In this document: one piece after another, positions 1 to 9,828 of the stretch | How positions within the stretch are numbered: the stretch's first letter is position 1 | How the letters are laid out: each line of letters opens with the position of its first letter | IMG/VR virus record: IMGVR_UViG_3300009174_000002 | Coordinates: 1-64,000 of that record | Length of the DNA: 64,000 bases | Direction: 5' to 3' (one strand) | DNA from: a virus | Translations under genes and position numbers: made by a program | The notes under the pieces: model-generated | The model's input: only the letters and a program-made list of their open reading frames with translations | What the model was told of the DNA's origin: nothing | The model's database searches: none

Positions 1-32
1 ATCTTTTATATCCTAGATAACTAAAGGTTCGT

Positions 33-365
33 TTATTCAGTTCCTGTGTCGTTATTATTCTTCTCATGTTTATATTCAATTTTTATTACATAACCAAAAA
101 TTTGTTTTGTCCATCCATTTTCATAGCCATGATTATTGGCTATCATATAGCCTTTGTTTTGATCAGTTTTGGTTATTAAGTGTGCATCTATTTTTCTTCC
201 TTTAACAGAACAAAATACAATATCTCCAACTTCATATTTTTCTTTAACTCCATAGGTAAGAAGTGCTCCTGATTTAATTTTAGGTAACATAGAATTCCCA
301 AAAACCTTCATTTTTCCTTCTCCTTTTTCTAATAAATCCTGTTTTAACCTTTCATATTTACTCAT
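33..365 (-). CDS. S24/S26-family peptidase-like protein
   Basis: VFGNSMLP catalytic-Ser box, GDIVF and AHLI motifs typical of the S24/S26 fold. Confidence 0.65.
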   Translation of the reverse strand: MSKYERLKQDLLEKGEGKMKVFGNSMLPKIKSGALLTYGVKEKYEVGDIVFCSVKGRKIDAHLITKTDQNKGYMIANNHGYENGWTKQIFGYVIKIEYKHEKNNNDTGTE

Positions 366-389
366 ATAACTATTTTGACAAAAAAACTA

Positions 390-416
390 AAGTTTACATA
401 AAATCTTATAAATTTA
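390..416 (+). promoter_or_regulatory. Putative early promoter (AGTTTAC-N11-TAnnTTTA)
   Basis: GTTTAC at 392 and TAAATTTA at 409; same spacing recurs at 6246, 56330 and 56742, each upstream of a plus-strand gene. Confidence 0.6.
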
Positions 417-456
417 TTAGTTGATAAGTTAACAACCAAACTAGAAAAACAAATAA

Positions 457-1650
457 ATGGAACAATTTAGAAAAATATTAGAAAAAGATTTTGTTAAAAA
501 TATACAAAATTCTGGTGGTCAAATTTATTTTGTTGGTGGCGCGGTTAGGGATTATTTGCTTGGATTAGAACCAAAAGATATTGATTTGGTGGTAACAAAA
601 CTTTCATTTGCTAGTTTGAGTGAATTATTAACAAAGTTTGGTAAAATTGATCTAGTAGGTCAATCTTTTGGCATTATTATATTCACAGAAAAATCTACTG
701 GAGAAAAATATGAAATTGCTCTTCCAAGAAAAGATTATAAAGGTGAAGGAAGAGGACATAAAGATATTGAAGTTTATTCCGATCCTTTTTTACCTATAGA
801 AACTGACTTGTTCCGACGGGATTTCTCAATCAACTCAATAGCCCTGGATAGTAAATTAAAATTTATTGATCCTTACAAAGGGCGCGATCATATAAAAAGA
901 CAATTAATTCAGGCTACTTCTCCGGAATCTTTTACAGATGACCCGTTAAGAATGTTGAGAGGATTAATGTTCGCTTCTAGATTAAAATTTGCATTATCTC
1001 ATAAAACATTCAAGTTAATCAAAAATGATAGTAAATTAATCAAGGAAATATCAAAGGAAAGAATATTACAAGAATTTAAAAAAGTATTTGATAAAAATGG
1101 TGATATCATATTGTTTATTCACCAATTAATACAAACTGATCTTTTTTCAAATATTTTTGGTTTTGAACTAAGTGGCTATGAATTTAGATTTGAAAAATGT
1201 AAAACCTTAGGTCAATTCTTAAGTTTAATTATAAGTAAAAAAGATGAAAAGTTTCTACTTAAATTTAAAGAAGAGTTTAAAATTGATAATGATCTTTATA
1301 AAGAAATAAGGGCTCATTATAAATTATTTAAACTCAAACATGATTTTAGTTTTGATTCTTTATACTACAAAAAATACTTATTTGAAATACTACAAATTTT
1401 TCCTGATATTATTAAATCTAAATTTTTCTTAAGTAAAATGCTTAGTGATAAATTTGTAATGGGGGTATATCCAAAAAGTTTAAAAGAATTGCCTATTTCC
1501 GGGGATGATTTGATTTCGCTTGGTTATGAACAAGGAGAAAAAATAGGATTAACTTTAAAAGAAATATTGGATGAAGTTTTAGCAGATAAACTTTTAATCT
1601 CGGATAAAGAAGGAGCATTAAAACTTTTAAAACCACCCATATGCAAATAA
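457..1650 (+). CDS. cca: CCA-adding tRNA nucleotidyltransferase (poly(A) polymerase/CCA family)
   Basis: VGGAVRD..KDID, DLFRRDFSINSIA and DDPLRMLR motifs. Confidence 0.9.
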   Translation: MEQFRKILEKDFVKNIQNSGGQIYFVGGAVRDYLLGLEPKDIDLVVTKLSFASLSELLTKFGKIDLVGQSFGIIIFTEKSTGEKYEIALPRKDYKGEGRGHKDIEVYSDPFLPIETDLFRRDFSINSIALDSKLKFIDPYKGRDHIKRQLIQATSPESFTDDPLRMLRGLMFASRLKFALSHKTFKLIKNDSKLIKEISKERILQEFKKVFDKNGDIILFIHQLIQTDLFSNIFGFELSGYEFRFEKCKTLGQFLSLIISKKDEKFLLKFKEEFKIDNDLYKEIRAHYKLFKLKHDFSFDSLYYKKYLFEILQIFPDIIKSKFFLSKMLSDKFVMGVYPKSLKELPISGDDLISLGYEQGEKIGLTLKEILDEVLADKLLISDKEGALKLLKPPICK

Positions 1651-2063
1651 CAAAAGAAAAATTAGAAGAAAATAATCTAAAAATAATGAAGTTTTTAGGT
1701 TATGATTATTATAAAACATTTTTTATTCCAAAAAAAGAGCTTGGTCCCAGTAGTATGCGAAAGCATGAGGATTTACATTTCCATGATGAATATCGCGAAA
1801 TCATGTTAGTCCTAGAGGAAATAGAAAAGTTAGGATTTGAAACTATTATTAGCTTTATTCCTGCATTTAGAAAACAAAAAGATGGTAGTTATTTTATTAC
1901 AGATAAACATAGTTTAGTAATACCTATGGTAAATGCAGATGGAATGATAGCCTTTTCCTATGCGGATAATAAATTTGAAGCAATCTATACAAGTATAATT
2001 CAATTTATTGATTGGTTTAATGCACAGTATAAAAATACCACATGGAAAAAAGACATTATTTAG
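1641..2063 (+). CDS. Hypothetical phage protein
   Basis: ORF overlapping cca end, in operon. Confidence 0.6.
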   Translation: MQITKEKLEENNLKIMKFLGYDYYKTFFIPKKELGPSSMRKHEDLHFHDEYREIMLVLEEIEKLGFETIISFIPAFRKQKDGSYFITDKHSLVIPMVNADGMIAFSYADNKFEAIYTSIIQFIDWFNAQYKNTTWKKDII

Positions 2064-2251
2064 TAATACATGAATTAGAAAAACCTGGGTTCTTCTCTGA
2101 TATGATAAGATTTGATAGGAAAAAAGATGCTATTACCATTGAAGTACAAGATGATAGTGCTAATACAATCTGGAATCTTATCAGAAATGAGATTAATGTA
2201 AAACACGGTTATAAAGCTACTAGAGTTTATGTAGGTATTTATAAATTGTAA
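2042..2251 (+). CDS. Hypothetical protein
   Basis: Short ORF in tight operon. Confidence 0.5.
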   Translation: MEKRHYLVIHELEKPGFFSDMIRFDRKKDAITIEVQDDSANTIWNLIRNEINVKHGYKATRVYVGIYKL

Positions 2252-2264
2252 AAAGATTTTAGTA

Positions 2265-2675
2265 ATGAAAAAAAGTAATTCATTATCAAATTCTAAAAAT
2301 CTATTTAAGCCAAGAAATTTAGAATCTAGAACTAAAATATATAATGAAATTTTAAAAAACTATTTAATTACCTACCCTTTTTTAAAGGATTTATATTATT
2401 TGATAGTAGATGATGAAGAAGGCATATTAAACGAAGATGAATTATATGTTGTTGCAAATTCTGAAAATGAGGCTATCGATTGCGTAAAGAAATATTTAAA
2501 TGAAAAATATTCCTATTTTGATTTAGTTATAGAAAGTATAACAATATATCCATTATCAAATGATGTACAAAAAATAGAAGAACTTCTGGCAAAATTTTGG
2601 TCTGAAGCAAAACTTAATAAATTTAAAACGTGGTTAAAAATATACAAAATATATCATTATCATTGGGAACCTTAA
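2265..2675 (+). CDS. FKPRR-tag family protein (plus-strand outlier, class B payload)
   Basis: N-terminal KNLFKPRNLESR; LYVVANSENEA payload resembles 21353/21770/38703/43099; lacks LxE leader. Confidence 0.7.
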   Translation: MKKSNSLSNSKNLFKPRNLESRTKIYNEILKNYLITYPFLKDLYYLIVDDEEGILNEDELYVVANSENEAIDCVKKYLNEKYSYFDLVIESITIYPLSNDVQKIEELLAKFWSEAKLNKFKTWLKIYKIYHYHWEP

Positions 2676-2685
2676 AAAAAATAAT

Positions 2686-3246
2686 ATGGGATGTCATACT
2701 TGGTTTTATAGAAAATTTGATGTTAGCATTGAACAAGTAAAAGAAGATGCAATTTATATTTGTCAACAACAAATTTTGCGTCAGCAAAAGTATATTGATG
2801 ATCCATATTTGGATATTGAATGGAGACATGAATATGTAGAAGATTATAAAAAAAGATATAATTGTGATCCTTTCGAACATGATAAAAAATTCTTTGAAAA
2901 ATGTCTTAGATTTATTGAAAAAGGATATTTCAAAAAACTAGATACATTATCAAGATTTTATGATTTTATTACTTTGGAAGATGAAAAAAATGGAAAATTT
3001 ATAAAAGGTATTTATAATTATTGTGCTAGAAATAATTCTGTGTATATAAAGGATAAAGGTTCAGATTTGCCCAATACTATATTTAGAGTAGGAAATTACC
3101 CTGAAGATCAATTATTATCCTATGAAGAGACAATAAATTTTATAAATTCTCATGTTGTAAGTTTTAGTTATGAAAAAGAGATGGCTTTAGATAAATTAAA
3201 ACAGTTTTGGGAAAAATATCCTGATGGAATGATTTGTTTTGGATAA
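2686..3246 (+). CDS. Conserved hypothetical phage protein
   Basis: MGCHTWFY...FWEKYPDGMICFG; clean ORF. Confidence 0.6.
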   Translation: MGCHTWFYRKFDVSIEQVKEDAIYICQQQILRQQKYIDDPYLDIEWRHEYVEDYKKRYNCDPFEHDKKFFEKCLRFIEKGYFKKLDTLSRFYDFITLEDEKNGKFIKGIYNYCARNNSVYIKDKGSDLPNTIFRVGNYPEDQLLSYEETINFINSHVVSFSYEKEMALDKLKQFWEKYPDGMICFG

Positions 3247-3262
3247 AAATAGTTTTTAACTT

Positions 3263-3763
3263 ATGAAATTAGGAATTACCGGCCATAGGCCACAAAAATT
3301 AGGATATGAGTTTAATATGAAAGGCCCTTTTTCTGATTTTGCTAGAAAGAAAATAAATGAGCAATTTAATATTTTAAAACCAAAGGAATTTATCTGTGGT
3401 TTGGCTTTAGGAATAGATATGATAGGTGCAATTGAGGCTTTAAGGGCAGGTATAAACTTAATTGCAGCAGTACCTTGTTTAAATCAAGAAAAACAATGGA
3501 AAAGTGAAGAGTTAAAAGATATATATCACGAGATACTCAAAAAAGCATGGTTAGTAAAAATTGTATCACAACAAGAATATTTTGTTGGGTGTATGCAAAT
3601 AAGAAATGAATGGATGATAGATTATCTAAATGAACCTGAAGATAAATTATTAGGATTTCATAATGGTACTACAGGAGGTACTTTTAACTGCATAAAATAT
3701 GCTAGGGAAAAATTACCTGAAGAAAATATTATTATTATTAATCCTTTTGATTATAATAAATAG
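3263..3763 (+). CDS. SLOG superfamily protein (YspA/DUF1273-like)
   Basis: ITGHRPQKL, GLALGID, RNEWMID and GGTFNCIKYA motifs. Confidence 0.8.
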   Translation: MKLGITGHRPQKLGYEFNMKGPFSDFARKKINEQFNILKPKEFICGLALGIDMIGAIEALRAGINLIAAVPCLNQEKQWKSEELKDIYHEILKKAWLVKIVSQQEYFVGCMQIRNEWMIDYLNEPEDKLLGFHNGTTGGTFNCIKYAREKLPEENIIIINPFDYNK

Positions 3764-3769
3764 TTTCAC

Positions 3770-5377
3770 ATGAAAAATGAAAAAATTAAAATATCTGAAA
3801 TATACAATTACAACGAAGAAATAAATAGTATCATTTCTAATATATTTAATAAACAGAAAGATTTAATTGAAGATGTAGTTCAAGATATTTATGTAGAAAT
3901 TTTTTCTAATTTTGATGATAATAAAACATTTTCATTAACAGAGTTAAAGGATTTTTGTAAGAAATTTGCATTTAAAAAATATCATCTAGAAACTAAAAAT
4001 CCTTTTGAAAATAGTTCTATTATTATAACAAAATCTGGAGAACAATTTAATTTTTTAGAGAATATAGGCGAAACTAATGATATAATAGAAATTGATAAAG
4101 ATAATATTCAAAATTTATCCAAAAAATACAACAAACAAACCTATAAAGGAAATTGGCTAGATTTTGAAACCGCTAGAGATTTTGCTAGAAGTTTAAATTT
4201 CTCAACACATAAAGAATGGTCAGAATATTGTAAAACCCAAGATAAACCAGAAAATATTCCTGCTCAACCTTTTGGTTGTATAGCCTATAAAGATAAATGG
4301 ATAGGTTGGGATGACTGGTTGGGTGTAAAAAAACTATCTTTTGAAGAAGCTAGAAATATTGTAATAAGTACTTTGGTTCCTAAGGGTATTGATACTATTA
4401 CAAAATGGAGGAAATTAACTAAATTACCTCCAGGAGTGCCAAAAACTCCGTATACTGTTTATAAAGAATTTATATCTTGGCAACATTGGTTTGGAAAGGA
4501 TGTAGCAGATTATAAAATTGATAAAACATTTTTAAACTACAAAGAAGCAAAAAAATATGTTCAGGAAAATTTAGTACCATTAGGTATTGATACTATAACA
4601 AAATATAGAAAATATAAGAAAATACCTAATTTTTTACCAAAGGTTCCTTATGATACATATAAAAATAAAGGTTGGATTGATTCAAGTGATTTTTTTGGTA
4701 CCAATAAACAAAAGTTTTTTATAAAAAAATCTTTTTGGAATTATTCACAGGCCACAGAATGGGTTAGATTAAATCTTCGCCCTTTAGGAATAAACAAAAG
4801 AAAAATTTTTTATCAATGGTTATTTGGCAAGTTAGACCAAATAATCTATCCTCAAAGACCATTGGAAATGCCTTCGGATCCAGATACACATTATAAATCA
4901 ACAAAGGAATGGATTAGTTGGGGACATTTTTTAGGTACATTGGCAATATATAAAAAATCAGAAGTTTTTTGGCCTTATGAAACTGCAAGGCAATGGATGA
5001 TAAAAAACTTTGGCCATATTGAAATGACTTTTGATAGATGGGAAAAATATAAAAGAGGTGAATTGCCTATTTATGATTTACCAGAAAGTCTACATTATAA
5101 AGTTCCAAAATGTCCTGATCAAGTTTACTATAATAATGGTTGGGTTAGTTGGGAACATTGGTTTGGAAAAGAAAAATGGAATGGAGCAGTAGTTTTAAAA
5201 CAAATTAAATTAAGAAAAAAAATCAAGAAAAAACAAATAAAACTTCAAATGAAACAAAACGAGAATTTAAAAAAGAAAGGTATAATTAAAAATGATAAAT
5301 TAATTATTTTAGCGACAAGCAGAGCTTTAACAGGTAAACAATTAATTAAATTATTAAAAAAGAAAAAAAATGCCTAA
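3770..5377 (+). CDS. Sigma-region-2-like N-terminus fused to five Trp-rich phage-integrase-type repeat units
   Basis: EDVVQDIYVEIF, then 5 units of the form (F/Y)xxA..W..P..P..Y..W..W..(W/F)xG; basic C-terminus. Confidence 0.6.
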   Translation: MKNEKIKISEIYNYNEEINSIISNIFNKQKDLIEDVVQDIYVEIFSNFDDNKTFSLTELKDFCKKFAFKKYHLETKNPFENSSIIITKSGEQFNFLENIGETNDIIEIDKDNIQNLSKKYNKQTYKGNWLDFETARDFARSLNFSTHKEWSEYCKTQDKPENIPAQPFGCIAYKDKWIGWDDWLGVKKLSFEEARNIVISTLVPKGIDTITKWRKLTKLPPGVPKTPYTVYKEFISWQHWFGKDVADYKIDKTFLNYKEAKKYVQENLVPLGIDTITKYRKYKKIPNFLPKVPYDTYKNKGWIDSSDFFGTNKQKFFIKKSFWNYSQATEWVRLNLRPLGINKRKIFYQWLFGKLDQIIYPQRPLEMPSDPDTHYKSTKEWISWGHFLGTLAIYKKSEVFWPYETARQWMIKNFGHIEMTFDRWEKYKRGELPIYDLPESLHYKVPKCPDQVYYNNGWVSWEHWFGKEKWNGAVVLKQIKLRKKIKKKQIKLQMKQNENLKKKGIIKNDKLIILATSRALTGKQLIKLLKKKKNA

Positions 5378-5612
5378 AGCGCCTAAAGAATTAATGGAAT
5401 ATAAGCATAAAGCATTAATTAATGAATTAAATGAATTTATGATAAAAGTAAAAATTTATACTATTATCGTTAATGATTCTGATTATACTCAAGAACAAAA
5501 GGATAAGTTAGTTAAAAACACACCTCCTCCAACTTTATCTGAAATAGATAATATCCATATGAAAATTAATGAAATACTTGAAAAAGATGCAGAGCCTATG
5601 AGAAAATACTAA
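5370..5612 (+). CDS. Hypothetical protein
   Basis: Overlapping ORF in operon. Confidence 0.5.
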   Translation: MPKAPKELMEYKHKALINELNEFMIKVKIYTIIVNDSDYTQEQKDKLVKNTPPPTLSEIDNIHMKINEILEKDAEPMRKY

Positions 5613-5633
5613 TAAATAAAAAAAAGTATCTAT

Positions 5634-6194
5634 ATGGCTAAAATCAAATATTTAAAAGCATATGATTTCTTAACTGAAAAATCTTTTGTTAATATTTTTA
5701 ACGAATATTTTCGAACGCTTTGTTTTTTTGTAAATAAATATGTTAACGATATAGAAGTTAGTAAAGATTTAGTACAAGATATTTTTGTAAAATTATGGAA
5801 TAAAAGATTTGATTTTGAAACTGATTTAAAAGTTAAAGCGTTTTTATACATCTCAGCCAAAAATGCTAGTTTAAACTATGTTAGATCTTTAAAAGTTAGA
5901 ATAAATTCTGCCCCTGATATTATTCAAAAAGAAAATAGGAATTCAGATTATAAAACTTTAGAAGGAAAGGTTTTAAAGGATATGATACATAGTGAATTTA
6001 TAAAAGGTATTTATAAAGAAATAGAACTACTTCCTCCTAAAAGAAAAGAAGTTTTTAAATTAGCATACATAGAAGGATTAAAAAATCATGAATTGGCTTT
6101 GTTATTAGGTATATCTGTACTAACTATAAAAGAACATAAATCAAAAGCATTATCAACATTAAGAATAAAATTTAAAAATTTTCCGAAATTTTAA
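5634..6194 (+). CDS. ECF RNA polymerase sigma-70 factor, Bacteroidetes expansion-family type
   Basis: Region 2 DLVQDIFVKLW, KAFLYISAKNASLN; region 4 LPPKRKEVFKLAYIEGLKNHELALLLGISVLTIKEH. Confidence 0.9.
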   Translation: MAKIKYLKAYDFLTEKSFVNIFNEYFRTLCFFVNKYVNDIEVSKDLVQDIFVKLWNKRFDFETDLKVKAFLYISAKNASLNYVRSLKVRINSAPDIIQKENRNSDYKTLEGKVLKDMIHSEFIKGIYKEIELLPPKRKEVFKLAYIEGLKNHELALLLGISVLTIKEHKSKALSTLRIKFKNFPKF

Positions 6195-6243
6195 ACAATT
6201 AAGGCAGATAATATTGTTAAATAAATTTTGATTAAAACTAAAA

Positions 6244-6270
6244 TAGTTTACTAGATGTCTTTTATTTTTA
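6244..6270 (+). promoter_or_regulatory. Putative early promoter
   Basis: GTTTAC at 6246 and TATTTTTA at 6263. Confidence 0.55.
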
Positions 6271-6283
6271 TATTGAAAAGATT

Positions 6284-6946
6284 ATGGAAAAAATACTTTG
6301 TCGTCCAGTAATGTTGCCACAAACAGGCGAAATACAATTTCCTTGTTTATGTATGGGAACCTTAGAACTAGGATTACGCTATACAGATAAAAAGTTTGGT
6401 TCAAATTTTACAAAATATTATCATTTATATTTAGTATCAGATTTAGGAGTAGAAAAAGATGAATGGGTAATATTTCCTAATACTTTAAATGGAGAAATAT
6501 CAAATTTTGATGATTGCATACCACAAAAAAGCGAATATCCTTATGCTGCAAATGGTATATATAATTTAAAAATAGAAGCCACTACTGATAAAAGTTTAGG
6601 CTTACCTGTAATCTCAGACGAATGGATGAGAAAAGTATATCATCCTAATCATAGTAAAATAGAAAAAGTATATATAGAGGGTGTTATAAGGAATGCAATA
6701 TACTATTATAATGTTCCTCATAATACTGGACAACCTGATTATGATTGGACTAATATTCCAAAAGAAATGGCAGGATATAGAGATCAAATAATTATTTCTC
6801 CTATAACAGATTTATATCCAAAAGATAGAGAAGAATTAGAATCTATACTAATGGAATTTTCATATGATTTGCAACAAAATAAATATGGTGCTTGTTCCAC
6901 ACACAAACATATTGTATCTGAATTTATGAAAGCTCATAATCTTTAA
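6284..6946 (+). CDS. Hypothetical protein, paralog of 58469-58903
   Basis: HLYLVSD..W..KIEATTD pattern shared with HLIAIDD..W..KVIASTN. Confidence 0.6.
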   Translation: MEKILCRPVMLPQTGEIQFPCLCMGTLELGLRYTDKKFGSNFTKYYHLYLVSDLGVEKDEWVIFPNTLNGEISNFDDCIPQKSEYPYAANGIYNLKIEATTDKSLGLPVISDEWMRKVYHPNHSKIEKVYIEGVIRNAIYYYNVPHNTGQPDYDWTNIPKEMAGYRDQIIISPITDLYPKDREELESILMEFSYDLQQNKYGACSTHKHIVSEFMKAHNL

Positions 6947-6977
6947 ATTTTTTTTAATTAACAAAAAACAAATAAAC

Positions 6978-7370
6978 ATGGCATCTAAAAAAGCAGTAGT
7001 TTCTAAAGTTAATAGATGGAGTAAAGAGGAAATAGACTTCATAAAGAAAGAAGTTTCCAAAGATGTAGCCCAACATGTTACCGAGGATGGTAAGCTTATA
7101 ACCGAGACTACCAAACAATTAAATAATCAGTTTGGGAATAACAGGACAGAAAAAGCCGTATATATCAAGTTGAAATTGGCATATGGTTTTTGGGGTGGAC
7201 AATCCACACAAAATAAAAATGAATCTAATTCTCCTTCGATTTCTTCTCCAATAAATGAAGAGAGATTAAATGTTAATCAAATAACTATCCTTTTTCAAAA
7301 ATCTACTGGAAAATATCTTTATCTCAATAAGGAAAATAAAGTTATTGAGCTTAAAGTAGTAGAGATTTAG
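6978..7370 (+). CDS. Putative Myb/SANT-like HTH DNA-binding protein
   Basis: RWSKEEIDFIK...NRTEKAVYIK pattern. Confidence 0.45.
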   Translation: MASKKAVVSKVNRWSKEEIDFIKKEVSKDVAQHVTEDGKLITETTKQLNNQFGNNRTEKAVYIKLKLAYGFWGGQSTQNKNESNSPSISSPINEERLNVNQITILFQKSTGKYLYLNKENKVIELKVVEI

Positions 7371-7392
7371 AAAAACTTTTTTACAATTGATT

Positions 7393-7421
7393 AAAAAAGG
7401 AAGCAAAAATCTTCCTTTTTT
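7393..7421. terminator. Bidirectional intrinsic terminator between convergent blocks
   Basis: A6-GGAAG-loop-CTTCC-T6. Confidence 0.8.
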
Positions 7422-7440
7422 ATTTTTAAATTATATTATA

Positions 7441-9828
7441 TCAGAAATCTAACTTCAATTGAAAAATAATATCTAAGATATTAGTTTTTCTAACCGCAGG
7501 TGCAATTTTTGCATAAATCATTGGTACATCAATGTTAGTAGATGTATCGGTCAAAACTATTCCTATTTCAGATATATAGCGATCCGTGATAAAACTATTT
7601 GCTGAATCATAACTTGGATTTGTGGTATCGTTAAATTTATCTGCGGGTATTACTAATTGAAGGTTAGAACGATAAATATCCATAGAAGTTCTATAAGTTA
7701 AATTTCCAAGTGTCCATTTACTATTTCCTGTCAATATTGTAGGACTAACTGGATCCCCATTGGCATAAATATAATGCTTGAAATTATTTATGATATCATA
7801 ATTTGTGTTTCCTAAACCTGTAGTTGAATTAAAAGGTGCAATTGAACTATTTATTAAAGCAACAAAATTATCATAATCTTGTTTGGTAATTTTAATCGCA
7901 GTATTAATAGTAGAAAAATCTGTCTGATTTCCACTCATATCAAATAATGTTCTAGGATATGTCAAATTAATAGAAGAAATTGGAATAGAAACTATATTTG
8001 AAATACCTGTGATTAATTGAGGATTAGTAGGATCGGCATTTAAATATTCACCAATAATAATTTCTAAATCTAAAGCCTCAAAACCTATTGTATTTGTGGC
8101 ATCTTGAAGCCATTGTATTTTTGGAAGTGTTAATTGTAATAAAGCTGCACTATTATTACTTACTTTTCCATTTAAGGCAAAGTTAAAATCTGTAATTTGT
8201 GAAAATGGTAAAGTAGAAGTATAATGCTTACTTTTTACTCTATAGGTATAAAAATATGAAAATGAAGTTTCGGTACCTTTTACTTCTCCACTGGATCCAT
8301 TTGGATTTTTAAAGAATTCACCATTGCCTGCTACTGGTACAGTTAAAGTGGCATCATATAAAGCAAAAGAAAAAGGATCATTAGGTATTAAAGATTTCAC
8401 ATAATTATACCCATTAGCACTTCCAGGAATTATATTTCCTACAGAATCTCTAACATAGACATTACTAATGAATACAGGTGTGCCTTGGGCTAAATTATGC
8501 GGAATAGAGGTGGTTATTATAACTGGTGTGGTATTGGAAACATTTGTTATACTCAAATCTAAACCGCCTGCTGTATTAATTTGATCATTTCCAAATCCTG
8601 GAAGAGTAGAGGCCCTAGGTAAAGTATAATTTCTATTAGCATTATAACTTAATGCAGTAGATAATTCTGGTTCATCAATCACTACTATTCTTAAATCATA
8701 AAATATCCATCCTTTTCTATTTGAAAATGTAGTATCCCAACTAAAAAATAATGCCGAATATCTTCCAATTCCAGTTATTTCATTTTGTATTGCACCTGAA
8801 TTTACTAATACATTAGATTTATTTAAATCTAATCCTGTTCTATTATCTTCTTGAACCATAACAAAAGGCAATACAAAAGAAAAAGTATTACTTTGAGGAA
8901 GAAATCTATCTTTAATATCATTACTAATATCATATACAATAAAAGGTGATGAATTATTAATAATATTTTTTAATAAAACGGATAATCCTAAATATTGAGA
9001 ACTAGTATAATTCAAATAATTTTTTCTTCCCAATGGTACTGTTGTATCACTTATATTATCATAAGGATCACCTAATAATTGTGTTTTTACTACTTCTATT
9101 TGTTCAAAAGTATCATAAAATAATTCTTTTTGTATTCCAGTATCTTTTCTATTTAATAATACTAATAAATAGTTTTTATTTACCTGTATTTGTATGGATT
9201 TGTCTAATACTAATTTATAAGTATTAAACGAAGAAGAAGTATTTTGTATATTTACTTGTGTAATATAAAAAGTATAAACTTCTGAATTAGGAATAACAGG
9301 TAAACTATTAATTCCATCAGTATAGCTTGTATTATTAATTGTAGTACTAGTAGGAATAATTTGTAAAAATAAAAAATCTCCTATTTTTGGTAAAATATTT
9401 ACATCATTTATAGTAATAAATAATTCATTTGTATTATTGTTATTAATATAAAACTGATAATCCGATAAAGAAGTACCCGTATTTTGTGCTAAATAAGAAC
9501 CAAGAGGAGTAGTATAAACTTCATCCCACAAATAATTTCCAGTATTTCCTATGGCTTGAAATAGACCTTTTGTAATTATTGGACTATTGATTGTTTGTGT
9601 TTCTGTAGTAATAGTCATATCACTACAGTCTTTTGTAGAATAAGTAGTATCGATTAAAGTATTTCCACTATGCCATTGTTTTCCTCCGTCTACTAAATCA
9701 TTTACTAAATTTGGAAATAAACTTCCTCCTCCTAAAGTATAAACTAGATCATTTGCAGTCATAGTAGGTAACCCTACTACTAAAATTTCTACTTGTTGAT
9801 TAGTTTGAAAAGTTATTGTTTCAGCCAT
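7441..9828 (-). CDS. Virion structural protein (baseplate/tail-associated)
   Basis: N/T/S-rich beta protein; C-terminal YISEIGI..IYAKIAPAVRKT..QLKLDF; FCCH-like insert. Confidence 0.65.
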   Translation of the reverse strand: MAETITFQTNQQVEILVVGLPTMTANDLVYTLGGGSLFPNLVNDLVDGGKQWHSGNTLIDTTYSTKDCSDMTITTETQTINSPIITKGLFQAIGNTGNYLWDEVYTTPLGSYLAQNTGTSLSDYQFYINNNNTNELFITINDVNILPKIGDFLFLQIIPTSTTINNTSYTDGINSLPVIPNSEVYTFYITQVNIQNTSSSFNTYKLVLDKSIQIQVNKNYLLVLLNRKDTGIQKELFYDTFEQIEVVKTQLLGDPYDNISDTTVPLGRKNYLNYTSSQYLGLSVLLKNIINNSSPFIVYDISNDIKDRFLPQSNTFSFVLPFVMVQEDNRTGLDLNKSNVLVNSGAIQNEITGIGRYSALFFSWDTTFSNRKGWIFYDLRIVVIDEPELSTALSYNANRNYTLPRASTLPGFGNDQINTAGGLDLSITNVSNTTPVIITTSIPHNLAQGTPVFISNVYVRDSVGNIIPGSANGYNYVKSLIPNDPFSFALYDATLTVPVAGNGEFFKNPNGSSGEVKGTETSFSYFYTYRVKSKHYTSTLPFSQITDFNFALNGKVSNNSAALLQLTLPKIQWLQDATNTIGFEALDLEIIIGEYLNADPTNPQLITGISNIVSIPISSINLTYPRTLFDMSGNQTDFSTINTAIKITKQDYDNFVALINSSIAPFNSTTGLGNTNYDIINNFKHYIYANGDPVSPTILTGNSKWTLGNLTYRTSMDIYRSNLQLVIPADKFNDTTNPSYDSANSFITDRYISEIGIVLTDTSTNIDVPMIYAKIAPAVRKTNILDIIFQLKLDF

